The notes under the pieces: generated by a model
Seen by the model: the letters and a program-made list of their open reading frames with translations, nothing else
Told to the model about the DNA's origin: nothing
Database searches by the model: none
Part shown: in pieces, positions 51,008 through 64,000 of the stretch
How the letters are laid out: each line of letters starts with the position of its first letter
Position numbering within the stretch: position 1 is the stretch's first letter
Source of the DNA: Octopus sinensis
Lineage: Eukaryota
Assembly: GCF_006345805.1 (NCBI RefSeq)
Contig: NC_042997.1
Coordinates: forward strand, 165,354,001-165,418,000
DNA: 64,000 nt
Reading direction: 5' to 3'
Translations under genes and position numbers: made by a program

Positions 51008-53486
51008 CATCGGTCAACATATTTTTTTCTGGTACAAGGTTTATCAATAGATTTTAGCTAATTTTGGGGTGCTGAATCCAAATCTGGCATCAGATGTTAT
51101 CTATCACATCAGTTTTAGCAGACGAAATCTTTTAATTTAGCTCCAAAACACTTTTTAGTACTCAAAAAAAGAAGAATTTTTCTTAATACAATAAATCGAA
51201 ACAAAGTTGCGCGAGTAAATGCACATTAGCATGTAAGAATTAAGCTTGGTGATAGCAAAATATAAATACAAACTCCCTATTCATTGTGGTCATTCATTCT
51301 GATCATATTATTACTGCAAGAACTTTTTGACGGCCTCTTGCGCACAGCTTCTAGAATGTCTTCTACCAAGCTCCAGTAGTTATCTGCCATCATGTTTGAG
51401 TCTCATCGACCTTGGTAGCGTTCTTCCATTACTTTTACGTCTTGATGAAAGTGTTCGCCTTGTTCTTCGCTAACATCACCCAAGTTCTCCGGAAACGCAT
51501 CCAAATGACTGTGAAAGAGGTACGATTTTCTGCTCATTCTATATCCAAGTGCTTGCAAGCTCAAGAGCAGCTCCTCCACAATTTCATGATAGTTCTCAGC
51601 TTTCTTGTACCCGAGGAAATTCCGCACCATATCGCAGAAGGTATTCCAAGCTCTACCCTCGCCGCACTCATTGTTGTAACAAAACACGGATCTCCGAGGA
51701 GTGTTCTTATCTGAGGTCCATCAAATATTCCTGCCTTCTTCTCGTCACTGAGACTTGGAAAAGTTCTACGTATGTATCTGGAGTATCTTCCACTGCGATC
51801 AAGAACTTTGATGAATTGCTTCATCAGACCAGGTTTTATGTGCAGTATGGGGAAGGGAAAAGATGATGTTTTTCTATCACCTGATGTCAAACTGTTTCTT
51901 GGGTGGGGGGCCATTTTTTTTCACCCAGTGATCATTTGTAGCTCTACTGTCCCAGTAGCATAGGAAACAAGGGTACTTAGTGTAATTTCCTTGCTGGCCC
52001 AGTAGAAAGTTTAACATTTTCAAATCGACACAAACTACCCATCCATAAACATGACATTGCAACCTCACCAGAAGAATCTTGATATTGGCTTACTCCTCTT
52101 TCATTTTTTATAGAGTGTCCTATTGGAATTGAGCCATACAAACTCCCGTTGTGAAGTAAAACACATTTCAAACTGCTTTTAGAGCTGTCAATAAAAAGTC
52201 TCCACACACGTGAATCATATGCCGGCAGTCCCATATTGAGAAGAAGCCCTTCAACATCATTACAATAAACAAGCTAACCATTTGAATGGAAGCACTTCCA
52301 CAGTTCTGCTTTTCTGTTACTATAAAAGGACACCAGTGCCAGGTTTCGGCAGTCTTTTCTCTTGCAGACTGGAAGCAAATAATTCAGCAGACCGCTTTGG
52401 CAAATACAAATCCCTGGCCTCATCATTCAATTCAGGCTGACTAAAGAGAGATAAATTATCACAGTCTTTATCAAAGATGGCATAAACTGTTCATCTTCAT
52501 CAACAGTAGGTGAATTGAGGGCTTCATATTGAGAAGAAGCCCTTCAACATCATTACAATAAACAAGCTAACCATTTGAATGGAAGCACTTCCACAGTTCT
52601 GCTTTTCTGTTACTATAAAAGGACACCAGTGCCAGGTTTCGGCAGTCTTTTCTCTTGCAGACTGGAAGCAAATAATTCAGCAGACCGCTTTGGCAAATAC
52701 AAATCCCTGGCCTCATCATTCAATTCAGGCTGACTAAAGAGAGAAAAATTATCACAGTCTTTATCACAGATGGCATAAACTGTTCATCTTCATCAACAGT
52801 AGGTGAATTGAGGGCTTCATCATCAATTTGTGGTAGCTCAATAAATACAGTCACAGGTATTTTCTGAGAATGAACAACCGGTCGACGGACAGATGGGATA
52901 TGTGGGTATTACAAGTGTCGTTTGGTTTTCGTATTGAACCATTTTACATTAACAAGGCAGATGTAGTAGTATTCCACATGGTTTGTTGGCTCTCTCTGAA
53001 CCATTGGCACACCAACTTGGACCAAGGTTTTGTCATGGTCTTCAAGAACTACTTTAAAGTAAGCAAGATACACTTTCTTGACAAAGTTATTAATGCTGTG
53101 CCTTTGAGCCTGTGGAGTGAAGTTTCCATAGATGTAACAGAAGATATTGGGGTCATTACAGCATTTCTTTCTTTTCGATGTTGTATCCATAACTAGATCA
53201 CAATGGTTCCGTTCACACCTGAAGAGAAGAGAAAGGGTTTTAAAGCAAAACTCAGCTTGAACATATTAAAAATTAGCATGACAATCCAGCCAAAATTCTC
53301 GCAAATAGTGGTGTAAAGTTCACGTTTCGTATGATCGAGGTAAATAAGGGTATATACCGATAGCACAAAAATGTGATGTGATAGAGCAAATCTGAAGTCA
53401 GTTTTGGAATCAGCACCCAAAAATTAGTCTAAAACAGCTCTAAGATTTTATACTAAAGAATAAAATATTTATTTTGTTGACCGGTG
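51008..53486 (-). mobile_element. Chapaev3 (CMC) DNA transposon, end-to-end, pseudogenised transposase
   Basis: TIRs catcggtcaaca / tgttgaccggtg with TTA both sides. Transposase motifs CCNDPNIFCYI, WRLFIDSSKSSLKCVLLHNG, CVDLKMLNFLLGQQGNYTKYPCFLCYWDSR and SEEQGEHFHQD. Confidence 0.88.
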
Positions 53487-53509
53487 TTATAGTTTTCCAG
53501 AAGATACCC

Positions 53510-54780
53510 ATTTGCCATTTCTTCTTCGTGATTTTCATCCCTGTTTAACACGCAGCCAAGATATGTGAAGAAAGATATGCTTCATAGTTATTTTAGGATC
53601 CACACGAGATTTTGCAGTTGAGACCTGACATAGAATAACAATTTTATCAAGATTTGTTTAAGTTAATTGACGTGACATGTCACTTTCGCATGTAACATGT
53701 CAAATAAATTTTTTCCCCGAAGATTTTTTAAATGATTTTCATTGTGTGCGACGATATCACAGAGATCAATTTAAATATGTTTTTTTTCTTAATTTCCTTT
53801 TATCAGAAATATAAAAGTTGTCATTTAGATTTAAACCATAAAATCGGTTTGAACATTCTTCACCAGTACAAACTCATATCACTATGAAAAGACTTGATAA
53901 TATTTGTAAATTTATCAGGAAAACCGTAAGTTCTGGATTTTCCCATGTCAAAGTCGTTAGTAAAGTCAATGACTCCATGGTACCGGTTAAGTCTCTGATC
54001 AATGCATTTTTCTTGGAGGTGATGAGCAGAAAATATGTTTTAGGTTCAAAGTTTAACATGGAAACCTCATAGAACCTCGAATAGAATGGATATCATGAAT
54101 AATTCTACTCGATATTTTCCCTACACAATTTGGCTTTATACAGGATTAGTAATAGTTGGGAAGCTGATGTATTTTGGGATCTGAAGAAAATGCCCAGTCT
54201 ATGAAATGCGGTCCTATCTATTCAATGATGTAATTCTCTGTGAGAGATTTTCAATGATAGCGAGGCCTAGCATTTATGAGCGATCTTGTTGCATGCAGTT
54301 CATGTTTAAGTGAAGTGAAATGCAATGATTTTTTTTCTTGATATGAGCCCTGCTTGTAATTGTTGCTGTAGAAAGCGACAAGACTGGCAAAATATATTTG
54401 AGTTACGTGCGAATGACTCCTGGATAGGGAAGATTAGGGATGAAAAGTAGTATCAGCTTGTTAGATAGAGTGCTTTAAAAGGGAACAGCAAATAGGGTAA
54501 TTGATGCTTACAAGGAAGAATGTGAGGGATAGATATTAGCCCTGTTTACAGAGAGTGGTTAAAAGCAATCTCTATCAGCATAGTTTGCTAAAGTGTGATC
54601 TGATAGGAAGCTACCAATCAAAAAAGGAGAGACAAATGGAGTTTTAAGGTAAATAGTATTGACAGATTTACTTGACAGGTAGACTCGAAAGTTTCACTGA
54701 AGTAGCGGGGAACAAAACTGCTTTCATAAAATATCCCTGCAGTGAAAGACCACTGGTAAGCGGCGTAGAAAGTAGGTATC
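53510..54780 (-). mobile_element. Very degenerate LINE RT fragment (RTE-like)
   Basis: Faint RT-like motif remnants on the minus strand, with many stops. Confidence 0.4.
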
Positions 54781-54895
54781 CAATAGAACTAAGTTTTACG
54801 GAACCCGTAGTGGTGCTCATTAAGGGAAGAGAGAGAGGGAGAGGCAGAGACAGAGACAGACAGATGGAGAGATATTATTAAGGCACGCGTATTTA

Positions 54896-55100
54896 AGGCG
54901 GTGACTGGCAGAATCGGTAGCACGCCGGGTGAGATTCTGAGCGGCATTTCGTCCGTTTTTACATTCTGGGTTCAAATGCCGCTGGGCTCGACTTTGCTTT
55001 TCATCCTCTCGGGGTTGATAAAATAAGTACCAATTGAGCATTGGAGTCGACGTAAACGACTTATCCCCTACTCTGAAATTTATGGCCTAGTGCCAAAATT
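54896..55100 (+). mobile_element. SINE S1
   Basis: Family consensus sequence. Confidence 0.8.
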
Positions 55101-55902
55101 TAAGGCATGAGTTCATTTGATACACTCAAACATAAGCAAACATATACAGACTCTTACTAAGTAGACAACAAACAGGATTTTTACCTAGCTTTAGTCTGCT
55201 AGTTTACCTTGCTTTGCTTTGGGCCATCAGTCCTTTGATGGAGAAGTACTAGTGCCCTTGTGGCACATGGCGTCTCTGTGGTATTCTTTTAGACATTGCG
55301 GAGCATGTCCTTCTCTTAGGATGCTCTCTTCAGTCGATTTCTTTCAAAGATAATAAAGTAAGTACTTTACTTACCGACTTCAAAAAGGTGAAAGGTAGTA
55401 TAGACCACGGTAGAGTTTGAACCAATAGGATAGAGTTCTAGAAATATTACCGCAAAGCAATCTAATATGATGTTCTAATGATTCTGCTAAATGGCTACCT
55501 TAAACTTTTTATGTTGATGTGCAAGTGTAGTTTTAGTAACAACAGCAAAGAATAACATTTTGAAATTTTAAAACGTCTTTCATTTTATTATCGCATGATT
55601 TGTAAGTTGTTTTACAGAATGAGTTAAATGGCTTCTTTCTTTGAAAGCCTTGCTTATTTTAATTTTTTTCGAGACTGTTGCTCACAATCTAACGTAGAAG
55701 ACTTGTGAAGGGTGCGAAAAATAGCGCAAGTATGTTTAATGTAAACCTGCGTTAAAGAAGTGGTTGAGATTAGATTTTTGGGTACCGAGTCTCAAAGAAG
55801 AGACGACGAAAAACTGTGACCAAACGCCATGTACTGTTGAGCAGACTTTTATAAGCCGTATCACCATGGGCAAAACAGAAGCTAAAATTTTGTTGATGTG
55901 TA

Positions 55903-56037
55903 TACATACATACATGATACATACATACCTACATACATACCTACATACATACATACATACATACATACATACATACATGCATGCATGCATGCATGCATGC
56001 ATGCATACATACATACATACATACATACATACATACA
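55903..56037. repeat. (CATA)n/(CATG)n microsatellite
   Basis: Seen directly. Confidence 0.95.
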
Positions 56038-56249
56038 AATATGGCGTGCCAATCCGATGCCCTCACTTGCTGTGGAGAGGTCTCTCTTGTCAGCACATAG
56101 AACTGTGCTTTGTTCGAGGCTGAAGAGTCTTTGACTCTTGTTTCTAGCAATGTTGGTGCTGCCCTGCACCCTTAGTCACTTTTAGTGACGGTTGACTTTT
56201 TCCATTTTAGTTTTAAATTGCATCTAGCTCTTAATCATATATATATATG

Positions 56250-56428
56250 ATCAATCAGTCGCCATGATTGATCGTTAGCCACTGCACACATTTTTTTCTC
56301 TCCTTGTTTTTTCTGTGTCCCTTTCTGTAGAAGAGCGTAGGCTCGAAACGTAAAAGACTTTTCTATTCCTGAGCGTTTGTTTTGTACACCACCTGTCTTC
56401 GTCTTTTGTTTTTTCGTATACTCTCCCT
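56250..56428 (+). mobile_element. Solo PLE pseudo-LTR with minimal hammerhead variant (56321-56356)
   Basis: cttt CTGTAGA a gagc-gtag-gctc GAAA cg TA aaag; tail ends at (TA)n. Confidence 0.65.
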
Positions 56429-56840
<412 letters not shown>

Positions 56841-57934
56841 TTTTAATCCAAACGGGAAACAAAAAAACAACAACAAAGGAACAATTACAGTATTATTATT
56901 AATAGGCGCTCAGGAAAAGGAAGCAGGGAGGTATGACGTTTCGAGCGGAGATTTAACGTCGAGCATCACAGTTTGACATCAGCAGTTGGGGACAGACAGC
57001 AGTGAAGGATATTGATTTACCACTGATACTCCTGGTTCGATTCAGGACATTATATATTGAGTGTCATTATCAGCTATCGGTATATGATAGAGCATATGTG
57101 TGCCTCTTCGTGTATATCGTGCATTAGTTACGTTTGCAATGTAACGCACCCGCGTCTATTTTACCTTGTCACCACATTAAGTACAAAATAAGGCGGCGAG
57201 TTGGCAGAATCGTTAGCACGTTGGGTAAAATCCCTAACGGCATTCATGTTCTGAGTTCAAATTCCGCCGGGTTCTACTTTTCATTTTATCTTTTCGCGAT
57301 CGATAAAATACGTACCAGTTGAACAGTCGATTTAATGGACTTAACCCCTCCTCCAAAATTGCTGGCCTTGTACCAAAATTTGAAACCTCATTAAACACTT
57401 ATATTTCACTACCCTTCTTATAATTTGATGTCCATTGAATTGTTATACTTCTTCCTGAATCTCACTGGTAATCTGGAAAAAAGTGTATTTCGGTGGAAAA
57501 CACCATTGAATTCCATGCAAAATCTTTCTAGTTCGAACTGCTTGGGTCACTGTTATGAGGTTCGTCGTACGCCATGCATGTAAAGTGTTAAGTGAATTGG
57601 ACGTCATCAGATAGGTTTATTCTCAGTATTACTTGTGCAACGGTAAAACCTGCGATAATTATTGCTACAGAATACTGTATTCTGTAATTATTTGATTTGT
57701 GCTATGTAATTGATGTATTGCGAATCCAACGCCTGAGAGGATAGGTCGTCGAGTTTTCAACTGAAAAGCTGTAATTAAAACGTGTGAAAGCAGTGGATGT
57801 AGAAGGGCAAGAGGAAAGGCAATAAGGCTTGTTGGTATTATATCGAGAGAAAGAAGAGGGGAAGAAAAGAAAACTGGTTAAACTGTCAGTGGTCATGGCA
57901 TTAAGACAACAGCAGTGAGATGGCAAGAAAGATG

Positions 57935-58352
57935 CGGCGGCGAGCTGGCAGAAACGTTAGCACGCCGGGCGAAATGCGTAGCCGTATTTCGTCTGCCGTT
58001 ACGTTCTGAGTTCAAATTCTGCCGTGGTCGACTTTGCCTTTCATCCTTTCGGGGTCGATTAAATAAGTACCAGCTACGCACTGGAGTCGATATAATCGAC
58101 TTAGTCCGTTTGTCTGTCCTTGTTTGTCCCCTCTGTGTTTAGCCCCTTGTGGGTAATAAAGAAATAGGTATTTCGTCTGCCGTTATGCTCTGAGTTCAAA
58201 TTCCGCCGAGGTCGACTTTGCCTTTCATCCTTTCGGGGTCGATAAATTAAGTACCAGTTACGCACTGGGGTCGATATAATCGACTTAGTCCGTTTGTCTG
58301 TCTTTGTTTGTCTCCTCTGGGTGTAGCTCCTTGTGGGCAGTAAAGAAATAAG
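57935..58352 (+). mobile_element. Young S1 SINE tandem dimer
   Basis: Full copy followed by a second copy starting internally at gtatttcgtctgccgtt. Confidence 0.9.
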
Positions 58353-58413
58353 AAAGATGCGGCGGGTGAGCAACGTAATCTACCGAGAAAAATTCATACA
58401 TTCATACATACAT

Positions 58414-58497
<84 letters not shown>

Positions 58498-59879
58498 ACA
58501 CACACACACACAAACACACACAATAAATTTGGAAAACAAATGGTAAATGGGTAGTAAATAACACGAGGACATCAATATATAAAAGATATGAGCAGCTTAT
58601 GATTACGAGTGTGCGAGAAAATTGTGATATGAATAGTACTTTTAAGTGTATGTGCGTGTGTGTTTCGTGTGCGCGCGTACATATACACTTATGGTGTCTC
58701 TTGCAATAGATTCTTGTTAGTGTAACTATGAAACAGTTCTATTACCACTTCTGATGTGCCTTTAAACGGTAGTTAATGTTAATTAGGTTATCTAATCAGA
58801 AGTAATGGAGAAAAGTGATGGAGAAAAGTAACTGTAACTGTTTGACTACAAAACGCAACTTTACCCTGTTCCCCAGAAAGTTTCTTGGGTGGTTTTTACT
58901 ACAGGAGCCCCAATCCTATCATGTTCGATATTGTCAAATTGAAAAAAAGTAACTAAAACATAGCAGGAAATGCGACAATTGATTAACTGGTGTATACTGA
59001 TGACGCTCGTCTATAAGGCGCACATTTGCCGCAAAGTACATAACACGGAATCTATGGCTACCAGTAACCGTCGGATTCAAGTGCGTACTGAATTTTTGAC
59101 ATGCAGTTTATTGGCTAAAATGTTGTACACTGTTTAAAAACGTTTCCAGTTTAGTGCTGTCAGCGTCACCAGCATCGCCTTAATGATGCAAGGGAAGTAG
59201 TACATCCGGTAGGAAAATGTCTGTTTACTCAGACCAAGTGAAAATATTTTATAGCGCAATGCGTGGCGCGGGGGTACATTCTCAGCTGTCCAGGTCGAGC
59301 TATGCTGAACCTAAGCATCTAAGCATTTACGTTACAAGAATAAAAAAAAAACGGGCTGAAAGGCGTTTAAGGATTTGTTGCATCTGTTTCATGCAAGACA
59401 CAATGAAAGGGCAACTGAATGAAGCATGTGTGAGATGAATATTATTACAAAGTAGCAGGAAAACTAAAGAGAAATGTTACAAACATGATTCATTAGATAT
59501 GGAATGTTAACCTGCATTAAAAATCCCTGCTATTAGATCTCTGTATACTTGACCCCACATAAGAGATTATAAAAAAGACAGAAACAAAAAAAAGCAGACA
59601 AACGGCTATATGCTGTATTGCAGACGCTTGCACCTCGCATCAGGATTTTTTTAAAAATCTGACGTTAAAACATTGATGACATAATCAGTAGGGTGTCATT
59701 AATGTAATATAAGAAGTTTATAAACTTCAATTAAATGAAATTATTCATGCAGTTAAATAAAGTTTATTTTTTTATGTGTTCAAATCTAGAAAAAGAAGAA
59801 ACATAAGGGAGATAACACCAATAAAATCAAATAACTGAAATGCTGACATAAAGATATGTAGATGGAAGTAGGTCATGCC

Positions 59880-61460
59880 TTTAATATTGACTGGTGAGAA
59901 GCTGCCGTTCTTTAATATGTTGGCCTGGTAGTTCCTTGTAAGTAGGCATTGGTCTTGGGTTGCTGTGATAAACCCTTCTATTTTAGATTTTATGTCTTCT
60001 ATTTCAGATTTTAAGCCAGAAGCCAGAAGCCATTAGCCATTGATGGGTTAGGGCTTTGTCAACAGCAACATAATTCGCTCTCTTTAGGTATTAACCAGTG
60101 AGAGATTTTTCTTGCCATTTATCAGTCAGAATATCTAAGGCAGCAGTTTTAGCACGGGTTTTCATGCGCTTAGCTTTTTCTGCACTTGTTTCTAGTATGA
60201 CTAATTCCGGAATTTATTGTATTTGGAATTCACTTCAATATTCCCATGCCTGATTTGTTATTGAGTATGATGCTTTCTTGTTTTCATGTTTTGAGTCAAG
60301 TTTTAACATCCAGTCCTCAGAGTTTTTCAGGTAGGTGTCTAGGCCGATTGTGGCAATCTTCGTTGTTAATGCCAGTTGTAAAAATCCACGGCCTCCGTCT
60401 TTTCTTGGCAGATAAAGTCGATCTATATCTGCCTTAGGGTGGTGCATTCTATGCATTTTCAACAGTTTTCTTATTTTTTTGTCAAGATTACACATTTCAG
60501 TAATTGATCAGTTAATGATATTGAAACTGTAAGTCACGACTGGTATGGCTAAAGCATTGATAGCTTCGATCCTGTTTCTTGCATTCAGCTCTGTCTTAAG
60601 TATTGCTCTCACTCTGCGATAACATTCTCTTCTGATCTTTTCCCTCATCACTGAATGCCTGATTCCGTCCCCTTCAAGTACCCCTAGGTATTTGTAGCTC
60701 TCCGCTGGTTCCAACTCTTTTATGACATTCAACTGGTCAAGGTTAACGTTAAATGTTTCTGTAATTTTTCCTTTGATAAAGGTAGCTTTTGCACATTTAT
60801 CGAGGCCAAATTGCATCCTGGTGTCATCACTGAATTGTTTAACAATCGTTAGTAAGCCCTTGAATTGTTGCTCATTTTTTGCAAAGAGCTTTAAATCATC
60901 CATATATATGAGATGATATAGATTTTTATCTAACATTTTATAACCGTACTGTTACCATTGAGCAATTTTGAGAGAGGTATTAAGGCTAGACAAAAGAGGA
61001 GTGGTGATAGTGAGTCACCCTGGAAAAATGCCACATGAAATTCTTACATCACCAGCATTTAGAGATTCATTGTCACTGTTCAAAGTCAGTGTGGTTCTCC
61101 ATGATCTCATCTTACAGACAAAAAGTTTCGCTGAGTAGGAGCTATTTTATACATTTCCAGACATTTCTTAATCTAGCTATGTGGTAGGCAGTCAAATGCT
61201 TTTTTATAATCTATCCAGGCTATTAATAAGTTTTTGTGTCGTTTGTGACAATCTTCTAATATCATCTTATTGATGAGTAGCTGATCTTTACAACCATAAG
61301 ATCCATGTTTACATCCTTTTGCTCATTAAGGAATATGTTACTTTCTATTAAGAAACTATAGGTAAATTTAGTCAGGACAGATGTTAGCGTTTTATACATT
61401 GTTGTTAAGCAGGTTATGGGTCGATTTTTTTTGGTTTATTTGTTTCATCACTTTTGGAAT
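59880..61460 (-). mobile_element. R4/Dong-type LINE RT fragment
   Basis: HLIYMDDLKLFAK, SYKYLGV and MHRMHHPKADIDRLY. Confidence 0.9.
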
Positions 61461-62985
61461 TAGGAATGTTAAACCATTAACTAGCCAAGAGGGCATCATA
61501 CTAAGATGTTGCAAAATACACAACAGATTAGACTGTTGGAACAGAAAAATTCCTAACATCGGGCTACTAGTAACCCTAGATGCCAAGAGCCACCCTAAGT
61601 ATCCTAGCTGTCCTTAATAACACTGTTTTCTGGAGCTGTACTAAACTAGGCTTTATGCCTATTTCCGCTATTCATCTGTCCCAATTTAATATACCTATAA
61701 CTACTGGAATACATTTTATCTGCACTTTTCATAGTCTCTATAATTCAATGACTAGGTCCTGGTACTTTGCTATTTTTTCTGTGCTTCTCATATTGATTTT
61801 TTCATTATTTGGAACTGTAAAGGCAATTATCTGATACTTTCTATTCTCTTTGTCTACTACTACTAAATCAGGCCTTCTAGCTTCTAGTTTGAATGTTAAA
61901 GTTCCACAACAGCTTCTATTTCTTACTTTCTAGTACTTTTCTAGGTTCATGTTCATATCATTTATCAGTATGATCAAACCCTAGCATAACTCCCATAACT
62001 CCCATAACCATGTCTCACTACTACTATTTGCAACCATAACCATGTCTCACTACTACTGTTTGCAGCAACTATCCAACTATCTCTGGGAATCTACCATGCA
62101 AAGCCTTCTCCTGCCAGTCAGATAGCTATTTTTTCTGGTTTTAACTTCGTTTCTTTTTTCTCCCGTGTCTTGCTGTGACTCTGGCAGCTCTTAATAAACT
62201 TTCTTCACTATTACTTACATAGGAGTCTATATCTACTCTAGCTATCTACTCTAGCTAAATATACGCAGTCTTCTACTGATATTAACCCTCTTCCACCTTT
62301 CTTTCTAGGTAAGTATAATCTCGCCACTCCTGCTCTCAGTTGGAGACCTCCGTTCATATTGAATTACCTCCTGGGTTTTCTATCTAGCTTTGCTAATTCA
62401 GCTTTTGTCCAATCTACAAAAGCTGCAGAGCATCTAAGTAATGATACTGCCCAAGCATTTACAGCCTTCACTAGATTCGAACCATCTAGCTTTGGCCTCA
62501 TTAGTTTCCTTACCCTCATGATGTACTCCTTCTCAATTTTCGTTTTCATTTCTATAGTTAGTATTCTGTCAAATTCTAATACTCCTAGATACTTATAACT
62601 CTCTGCTTCTTTTAATGATTTCAGTGTTTGACCAGCTGGTAATTGGATGCCTTCACTGTTGATTACCTGTCCCCTTTCCATGACTAATATTGCACACTTA
62701 TCTATGCCAAACTCCATACCTATATCTTTGATGAAGAATCTTACAGTCTGTATTAAGGAATCCATCTCTTTTTTATTCCTACTAAAAAGCTTCGGATCAT
62801 CCATATAGAGAAAATGATTAATTTTTCCCTTACTATTTCCTTAATACTAAACTGAGGGGGATCAAACATAAGACAAATATTAAAGGGGATAACCAATCTC
62901 CTTCGAAAATTCCTCTCTTGATACTAACCTTCCCTAAGACTGTGTCACCTGAGTAGAGTTCTACTTTCCATTTCTTCATGCTGAA
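61460..62985 (-). mobile_element. Second R4/Dong-type LINE fragment (RT + RLE)
   Basis: YMDDPKLF, SYKYLGVLE and RLE-like RRPDLVVVDK...EKIAKYQDL. Confidence 0.85.
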
Positions 62986-63876
62986 GCTAATTCTCTTGCG
63001 TCATTAATTGAGAATAACCCACATTGCACAACCCGAGAATTGGCAGAAAGCCTCAACCTATCAAAATCCGTCGTTCATGAGCACCTGGTAAAGCTTGGGT
63101 AGACAAATCGCTACGATGTTTGGGTACCACATGAGTTGAGTGAGAAGAACCTTTTGGATCGCATTTCCATCTGTGATTCGCTTTATAAACGGAATGAAAA
63201 CACGCCTTTTTAAAGCAAATTGTGACAGGTGATGAGAAATGGAATATCTACCGAAATGTTCAAAGAAAGCGATCCTGGAGTAAACGACATGAGCCACTCT
63301 TAGCCACCTCAAAAGCGGGTCTTCCCCCTTAAAAAGTCTTGCTTTGTGTCTGTTGGGACTGGAAAGGAATTCTATACTATGAGCTTCTCCCAAGTAACCA
63401 GACAATTAATTCTGAGAAATACTACACACAACTGGACAAGTTAAAAGCAGCAATTCAAGAGAAACGTCCAGAATTGGCCAACAGGAAGGGTGTTGTTTTC
63501 CAACATGATAATGCAAGACTGCACATTTCTTTGGGAACCAGACAAAAATTGCTGCAGCTCGGCTGAGATGTGTTACCCCATCCTCCATATTCACCAGATA
63601 TGGCTCCTTCGGATTTCCACTTATTCAGGTCTCTGCAGAATAGTCTTAATGGTAAAAATTTCAATTCCTTGGATGACGTAAAAAGATACCTTGATGAATT
63701 CTTTGCCATGAAACCACCTCAATTCTGGGAAGAGGGTATTTTCAAGTTAAAGGAAAGATGGAGACGCATTGTGCAACAAAATGTTTCATATTTGGTTGAT
63801 TAAAAATGTAATGGCAAGTATTTAGTGACCTTTTCCTTTCTTTTAAAAATCGGCACGAACTTTCCGGACAACCCAA
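62985..63876 (+). mobile_element. Mariner element, 5'-truncated, with right TIR
   Basis: WVPHEL, VTGDEKW, FQHDNAR and YSPDMAPSDFHLF. TIR cggcacgaactttccggacaacccaa followed by TA. Contains in-frame stops. Confidence 0.93.
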
Positions 63877-63884
63877 TATTTAAG

Positions 63885-64000
63885 CATTCACTTATCCACG
63901 AGTATGGGATCATGTCATATTGAATATACTCAAACATTCACTTATCCATGGATGTGGGACTGAATATACTTAGACATCCACTTATCGATGAGCGTAGGAT
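63885..64000. repeat. Degenerate 40-50 bp minisatellite (runs off the window)
   Basis: cat(t/c)cacttatc...tgaatatact recurs three times. Confidence 0.7.

Noticed and set aside
59000-59500. CpG-containing segment with a Cys-containing ORF, possible piggyBac remnant or promoter
   Set aside because: No TIR, TTAA boundary or clear motif that I can support.

Overview
AT-rich, repeat-saturated animal genomic DNA. The SINE families and dense (TA)n/(CA)n/(GA)n/(GATA)n microsatellites look like octopus (coleoid cephalopod) sequence; this is recognition, not a database result. No intact protein-coding gene is visible. The one clear gene is tRNA-His(GTG) at 5270-5341 (-). A CpG-rich patch at ~2.9-3.5 kb next to a CpG-depleted first 2 kb may mark the start of a host gene running leftwards out of the window. 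The rest is transposon debris: RTE LINEs, R4/Dong-type LINEs, Jockey/CR1- and Tx1-like fragments, a Gypsy LTR with PBS and gag start, Helitrons, mariner/Tc1/hAT fragments, an end-to-end Chapaev3 element, MITEs and many tRNA-derived SINEs. The most interesting layer is RNA structure tied to Penelope-like elements (PLEs). It includes a GIY-YIG PLE with inverted termini, each carrying a hammerhead ribozyme (HHR), one with an intact core; several minimal or variant HHRs, including a head-to-head palindrome; and a three-copy motif (9.35, 26.7, 29.9 kb) with covarying stems that matches no ribozyme class I can recognise. Boundaries of degenerate repeats are approximate and were read by eye.
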